Below, piece after piece: positions 58,301 to 64,000 of a stretch of DNA of 64,000 nt. The stretch lies in the NCBI RefSeq assembly GCF_009914755.1, contig NC_060935.1; one strand, given 5' to 3'. The stretch's first letter is position 1. Each line of letters opens with the position of its first letter. Source of the stretch: the human T2T-CHM13v2.0 reference genome, Homo sapiens. A program made the translations under genes and the position numbers. Below the pieces are notes generated by a model, which searched no databases, was not told the DNA's origin, and was given only the letters and a program-made list of their open reading frames with translations.

Positions 58301-60335
58301 CTTGCCTGAAGTCACACAAGGAATGCAGAAAATAACGGAGATGCTAATCTTGAATACTATGTTATTAGCCTCAAGTTGAGGAAGAGTGGGAGAATACCCA
58401 CCAGCCCCACGGTTCATGAAGAAAAAGTTAGGCTATGAGGACAGTGGCACCTCTGACCCTCAGGCCCACTGAGATAGAATAAGTTCCTGGAAGAAGGATG
58501 GAAAGTCTGACCCAGATAAAATGGGGCAATGAGCTATTTGTCTCTGATGCTCCCAAATCATCTCCTTTCCCCTTCTGTGGCACCTGCTCCCTCCTCCCTC
58601 AGCTGGTCAGTGTTCTAGTGCTCCCCAGTCCCCATCAAAGCCAGCTCTTAAGAGCTTCTCTCAGCTTCTTGGTGGTAAATATAAATAACTATGTTCTCTC
58701 TCTTTGTGTTTCTTTAACATGACAATATTTTAGGTCTCATCTTTCTTTATGAAGGAAGGCCTTCATTCCATTAGAGAGATTATAGGCAGGTGGCAAGTGG
58801 GGAGTCACCCAGGGGGACAGAATAGTGTGTCCTTCACACTCCTTCCTGGTGTTCCTGAAATATCTTATATGTAGGCAAGAGCTCATGCTTCCATTTCTTG
58901 AGCACTTACTACGTGCTAATGGGCTGCACTGGGAATTCTATAATCACTGGCTAATTAACTTCTCAGTAATTCTGCTAGCAAACTATTAATATTATTGTTC
59001 CCATTTTAAAACTGAGGAAATAAAAGTCCAAGGAGTTAAGTCAGTACTACTGTAAGGTCACATTATCAATTAGTGACTACTATTAAGGTGTTTTATCCCC
59101 AGCAAAGATGGCCTCTACAGATATAAAAGAATATTACAAATAGTCCCAGAGGGGAAACAGTGCAGCCTGCCATTCATGGGAAACAGAATGATCCCCTTTC
59201 CAAATGGGAAATAGATAAATAAAGGGTACCCTTAGAGTACCCATAGAGTCAGTATTCCATTATCCACATGATATAACTTTACTCATATTTGACTTTAAAA
59301 TACCTATTGGTACTTATATCATATACCCTCCCTGACACCTATAAACTATGCTAGAAATATCCCTGTTTCCAGGTGCCTCAGCCTTAGACCCTGATTCAGT
59401 GACATCCCACCAGTAAATTCATCAACTTCATCCCAATTGAAGACTCTGAATTGAACTAACTTAATTGAGGAGCTACAGGTAAAAGGCAACTGCCCCTCTC
59501 ACTAAAGGGTAACAACTATGCCCTCAAGGAACAGACACCCATGAGAAGATCCTTAAATACCTAAAAACAAATCATTATGGCTCAAAAGGTTTATAGCAAT
59601 GTAGGCCCACAATTGGCTGCATCTCAGCAAAGATGTACAAATGTACATTTTGATTGGTCAGATAACAACATGTAGGAAAAACACCAAAAAACCCCAAGAC
59701 TATAATATTGAAGATAATCTATATCCTTAAGAGGCATTTACTGAGTATCTATCATGCCAGGTATTCTACATACCTTATCACTAATTCTTGCCATAGCTTT
59801 TCAGGTATATATTATTGTTCCTAGCTATAGTTAAGAATATAGACTCAGAAAGGTTAAATGTCTTGCCCATAGTCAAATGGCTAATAAATCGCAGATTCGG
59901 CAATTGAATTCACATCTATCTGGTTCTTGTGCTTGAGCTTCTTCCATTGCACTAGGCTGTTACAATCTGATCATAGTTTATCTTTTCCCTGAAATGACTT
60001 ATTCCTTGATATTCAAATTGAAGTACCTCTTCATTCTACTCTAAGGAGAAATCCATGGGAGAAATAAAAACGGCTCTTGCTGGTACTGGAAGAAATCACC
60101 ACTTAACATTTTTATTTTATTTAAGATATAGATTTGTTGGAAATTCTGGAAGCTGAGAAAGAGTACCACTTGGGCTTTATCTGCATCGGGGCCCAGAATT
60201 CTCTCATACACTGCCCCTTCCCCATGCCCATGACCCCAGTCTGGCATCTGTACTCATAGCCTGCCATTCTGCCCATGTGACACCCCAGGCCATGAAAGCC
60301 ACATGCAGCAGCTCTCCCCAGAAGCTTTGCCTTAC

Positions 60336-60471
60336 CTCGGGCTTGCTGGTGCTGCATCCTCTTCTGGCTCTTCTACAACGCCAGCCAGCTCTGGAGGAAG
60401 GAAAGCATCTTTGTTGACATTATTCACCCAGCTTTCCTTTGCCCCATTTTCTCTGTCTTTACTCTGCTCAG
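60336..60471 (-). CDS. SYTL2: SYTL2 exon ([45 protein letters not shown])
   Basis: gtttcag| acceptor, GAG|gtaagg donor; 136 nt. Confidence 0.95.
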
Positions 60472-61872
60472 CTGAAACAGGAAACAGTAAAGACAGGAAG
60501 GTTATCTCTCACCTCCATGACCTACAACTCTCTTATCAGCTCTTATCACTGAAGCCTTGAACCTGAACCTCAGGCCTTCCCAGTGCCAAGGCAATCACTG
60601 GGTCTAAGTAGTTGATCAGAATTACATCTAAGAGAGAAGTCAGTAAATTCCCACGACATTAGATTTCCCCAAGCAGAGTCTCTTGAGAGAATGAGCATAC
60701 CTTTAAATGTGAGAGTAACTCCAGAGACCATTAAAGCAAAATTCTGACTGCCTCTAGGTTAATCTGAACTGAGTTGGGGTCAGGTCTAAATGTGCATGGC
60801 CAGGGGATGCTCAGGGCAGGAAGTCCTCAGTGGGATAGAAGCACCATCATTACCAAGCATTTACTGAATAGCTACAATGTGTTCAAATATCTTGTATGTG
60901 CTCTAAGATACAAAGGGGAACAAATGATTATGGTCTAGGAATGTCTTCCTCTGCTGCCTTCTCCTCCTCCCCACAGTCTCTACAAATCCAAAACTACATA
61001 TTCTTCAATCCCAGCTCAGATGTCAGAGCCCCCATAAAACCTCTGTGCTCCTGCTTCAGAAAATAACCTCTTTTGCCTCTGAACATCCAGCACTCACTCT
61101 TTACCTGAACATCTCTGATAATTAGCAGCAACTGAATGATAACTAACTACCAGGCACTGTGCTGAGTTCTTTGCATGCATTATTCTATGAGAGCTATTTT
61201 CCAAGTACACAGATTTGAAAACTGAGGATCAAAAAGTTCAAGAAACTTGCCTAAGGCCACAGAGCCAGTAAGTGCCCAGAATACTTTCATCAATATTAGG
61301 ATGAAGCAGTGCTGGAGCTTCCAGTTTCCAAATACCCATATTCCAGGAGAGTATCCCCCCACAGGTCCTGTTACATGTAAGCCTAGTTTCTTCAACTGCA
61401 AAATGGGGTCACCTGGTACTAACCAGTACCCTCAAGATTTCTGAAGGTCTGGGTGATTTTGAAAAGCAAGAGGGCTACAAACAATGCACTGTACGTACTA
61501 AGCAGTCAGTCCTTTTCTGCAAGGAGTATGGCACTAATTCAGAAATATTTTGAAATCCTGGCTCTGCCATTTGCCAATTACATAATCTCGGGCAAGTTAC
61601 TTAACTTCTCTGAGCTTCATATGCCCCATGTATAGAATGGGGGAAATAATGCCTACCTCACAGGATTACTGCAACAATTAGAAATAATAGAAATTAAATG
61701 CCTATCCTATATCACATGCTCAAAAGATGATAGCTATTTTCCTTATTGAGTACAGGGTAGACCTTGACAAGGCTTTACATGGACTAAGCCAGAGTTAATT
61801 AGAGAGAAGGCAACCAGTAAGTATTTAATGAACTTGATAGAATTTTAAACAAGCCCTCAAAAGATTGCCTTT

Positions 61873-62004
61873 GCCAGGCATGGTGGCTTATGTCTATAAT
61901 CGCAGCACTTTGGGAGGGTGAGGCAGGAAGATTGCTTGAGGCCAGTAGTTCGAGACCAGCCTGGCCAAAATAGTAAGACTCTATGTCTATTAAAAAAAAA
62001 AAAA
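61873..62004 (+). mobile_element. Alu left monomer (FLAM-like)
   Basis: Single arm plus A tail. Confidence 0.85.
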
Positions 62005-62971
62005 GACATAAAAATAATGCCATGATATAAGGAATACGCACTATCATAGTAACCTCCCTGGCCACAGAAACCATGCTACAAGCCCATCTGGGGTGGGATG
62101 CTGGCTGCCTTTGCCACTTTTAAATGGGCATTGTCATGATAGTATAAATCCCATCAATTCAGTAGATGGGTGGATAAGTAAAGATTTCCCCCCAAACCTT
62201 TAGGCAGAAGTGGGTTTTTGGTTGGTTGGCATTTTTATTTCCCCCCTCTTTTGACTTTCACTTTTAAATGTTACTATTGTAGGCCACAGGCATGACAGGC
62301 AATAAGCAGGTGAAGAACCAATGGAAAAGTGTTTTAAAACTCCTGTGTTAGCTAACAGGCTCTTGAATATATCACTGTGGTCCACAGAGAGGGCTGGAGT
62401 AGGTAGCAAGGAGATGCTGTGTCAGCTACTACAGCCTCAAAACAAAGTTGATGTCTGTCTGGACTTTAAACTTGTTCCTATACAGCTTAATTTATTTTTG
62501 TTTAATCAAATAAACAAGAAGGTTTTTCCATTAAAAAAATGTCTTTACGGTCTCTTAAATAATGTACTTGGTTAATTAAGAAAGTACTACCATATGTTAA
62601 GATCACTGAAAAGAGAGGCTGATATCTTTTTGTCTAAGCCCTTCATTTTACTCAGAAGATTCTGAATCTTCAGAGTTAAAAGCCAAAGAAGAGGTGGTAG
62701 ATCCTTTACAGGCCCCAACTATCTATGCTACTATAATTCAACAGGGCACCTAAAGGGCTTCCTATGTTCCTCTACACCACACTGAGTCACTTAGCTCTGC
62801 CCTCATCCATCCAAATCCAAGGCAAGGGAAATTTAAACTAGAGGGCCACACATTATGAAAAGTGTACATCCAAATGATTTCCATCAGCAGATTTCTGACA
62901 CCATTCCCTTCTCCCCGCTCCTCCTTCCCAAACGAATGCTTGTTGTAAATGCACTAGCCAAGTCAACTCAC

Positions 62972-63123
62972 CTGCTATCTGGGGCCTCTTCTTTCTCATA
63001 GATGCTCTGATGATATCTGCGCCATGGATTTTGTCCCTGTGCCTTTTTGCCTTGGCTTCATAAAACCATTGGCCACTCATATTCTTCAGCTGCTGGTCAT
63101 CCTTAATTTTTTCAGGCAAATGT
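62972..63123 (-). CDS. SYTL2: SYTL2 exon, SHD2/Rab27-binding half ([30 protein letters not shown]...RPQIA)
   Basis: ttttgtag| acceptor, CAG|gtgagt donor; 152 nt; SGxWFY Rab-binding motif of the Slp/rabphilin family. Confidence 0.97.
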
Positions 63124-64000
63124 CTACAAAAGGAAAAGATCTTTAGTTTGCTGAGAACCCACAGTAAATAAATGAGTTCATTATGACACCGCATAAAGAC
63201 ATGTGTAAACACACAGATAAAATGAAGCTTTAATATTTCAGATGATCCCAGAAACTTCCCAGATGACTAACAAGTGTATGTTCACCTTTGAAAAGTCAGA
63301 GAAGACAAGGCCAACATTTTTTCAAATAAAGGTTTAATCCACGATTCCCGTATGATGCCTGAAATTTCTCAAGAGCAGATTCACTTTTTGGCTGCATTCT
63401 TCAGTGTCTGCTGTTCAAATGCAAATACCCCAGGGAGGGATAATACGGTAGGCTTCCCTAAGCCTTGGTTTCCTTATCCGTAAAAAAGCATTAGTAATAG
63501 TAACCTTTGGACTTTAAAATTGGGGTTTCTTTGAGGTTTAACCGAGTGAATTCATTCAATAGCTCTCTGCACCTCCCTGGCACCTAATAAACACTGGATG
63601 GGGTAGTCATTAGCTCATCAGTCCTTTCCATTTTGGGTGATATGAGTTTATTAGAGACTTTCCTGGAAGCCTGTGGAGGAGGAGTGATGTCTCTGATGCT
63701 TATTGTTAGGGAAAGGCATCTTTAAAAGGCTGCTGGAATCAGGGAAGACCAAAATTGAGGAGGAGTGTGTACAGGCAAGTTCCATTTGTGCAGATCCTGC
63801 ATTTAAGAGTTTCACAATTATTCATGCTTACTGAAAAGCTAAAACCTAAAGAACAAACAAGATAGTCTGCCCTCCTAAAACTTCCCTAAAAACTTTGTTC
63901 TAACTGACAAGTCTTAACCTCTCCATCTCTCTATCCATCTCAGTAAAATAAAAAAATCACAAAATCTCTCTTGTTTATAGAGATGTACTTAGAATAAAGT

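Noticed and set aside
52400-60300. Additional exons or RNA genes in the 8-kb intron
   Set aside because: The flanking exons already join in frame. I saw only old MIR/L2/hAT-like debris and no tRNA, snoRNA or miRNA hallmark I could support.

Overview
Human genomic DNA; a human-specific AluYb8 fixes the species. The window covers the CCDC89/SYTL2 locus, with both genes on the minus strand. Bases 1-814 hold the 5' part of the CCDC89 coiled-coil ORF, uninterrupted here and cut off by the window edge, with its upstream promoter region. Bases ~8900-63123 hold 18 coding exons of SYTL2 (synaptotagmin-like protein 2, Slp2-a/exophilin-4, a Rab27 effector), from the second half of the SHD through a long disordered linker to the tandem C2A/C2B domains and the 3' UTR. 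The first coding exon lies beyond the right edge. I located every exon boundary by hand and the phases join into one frame (6619 coding nt visible). Introns carry many Alus, a 5'-truncated 3.8-kb L1PA, older L1M/L2/MIR/MLT fragments, MER2 and MER5. There are no prokaryotic-type systems, CRISPR arrays or RNA genes. The most notable features are: (i) a 72-nt versus 3936-nt alternative-donor giant exon whose extension carries five copies of an amphipathic LD/LxxLL-like motif; (ii) a perfect 99-bp-period tandem duplication just past that exon; (iii) an AluYb8 40 nt from a donor, forming an inverted Alu pair around a frame-preserving 804-nt exon; (iv) a GC-AG intron, tandem acceptors and an exon that begins with a perfect donor sequence; (v) candidate internal first exons for C2-only isoforms. 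I cannot show that any of these is an undescribed system; novelty claims need the checks listed.
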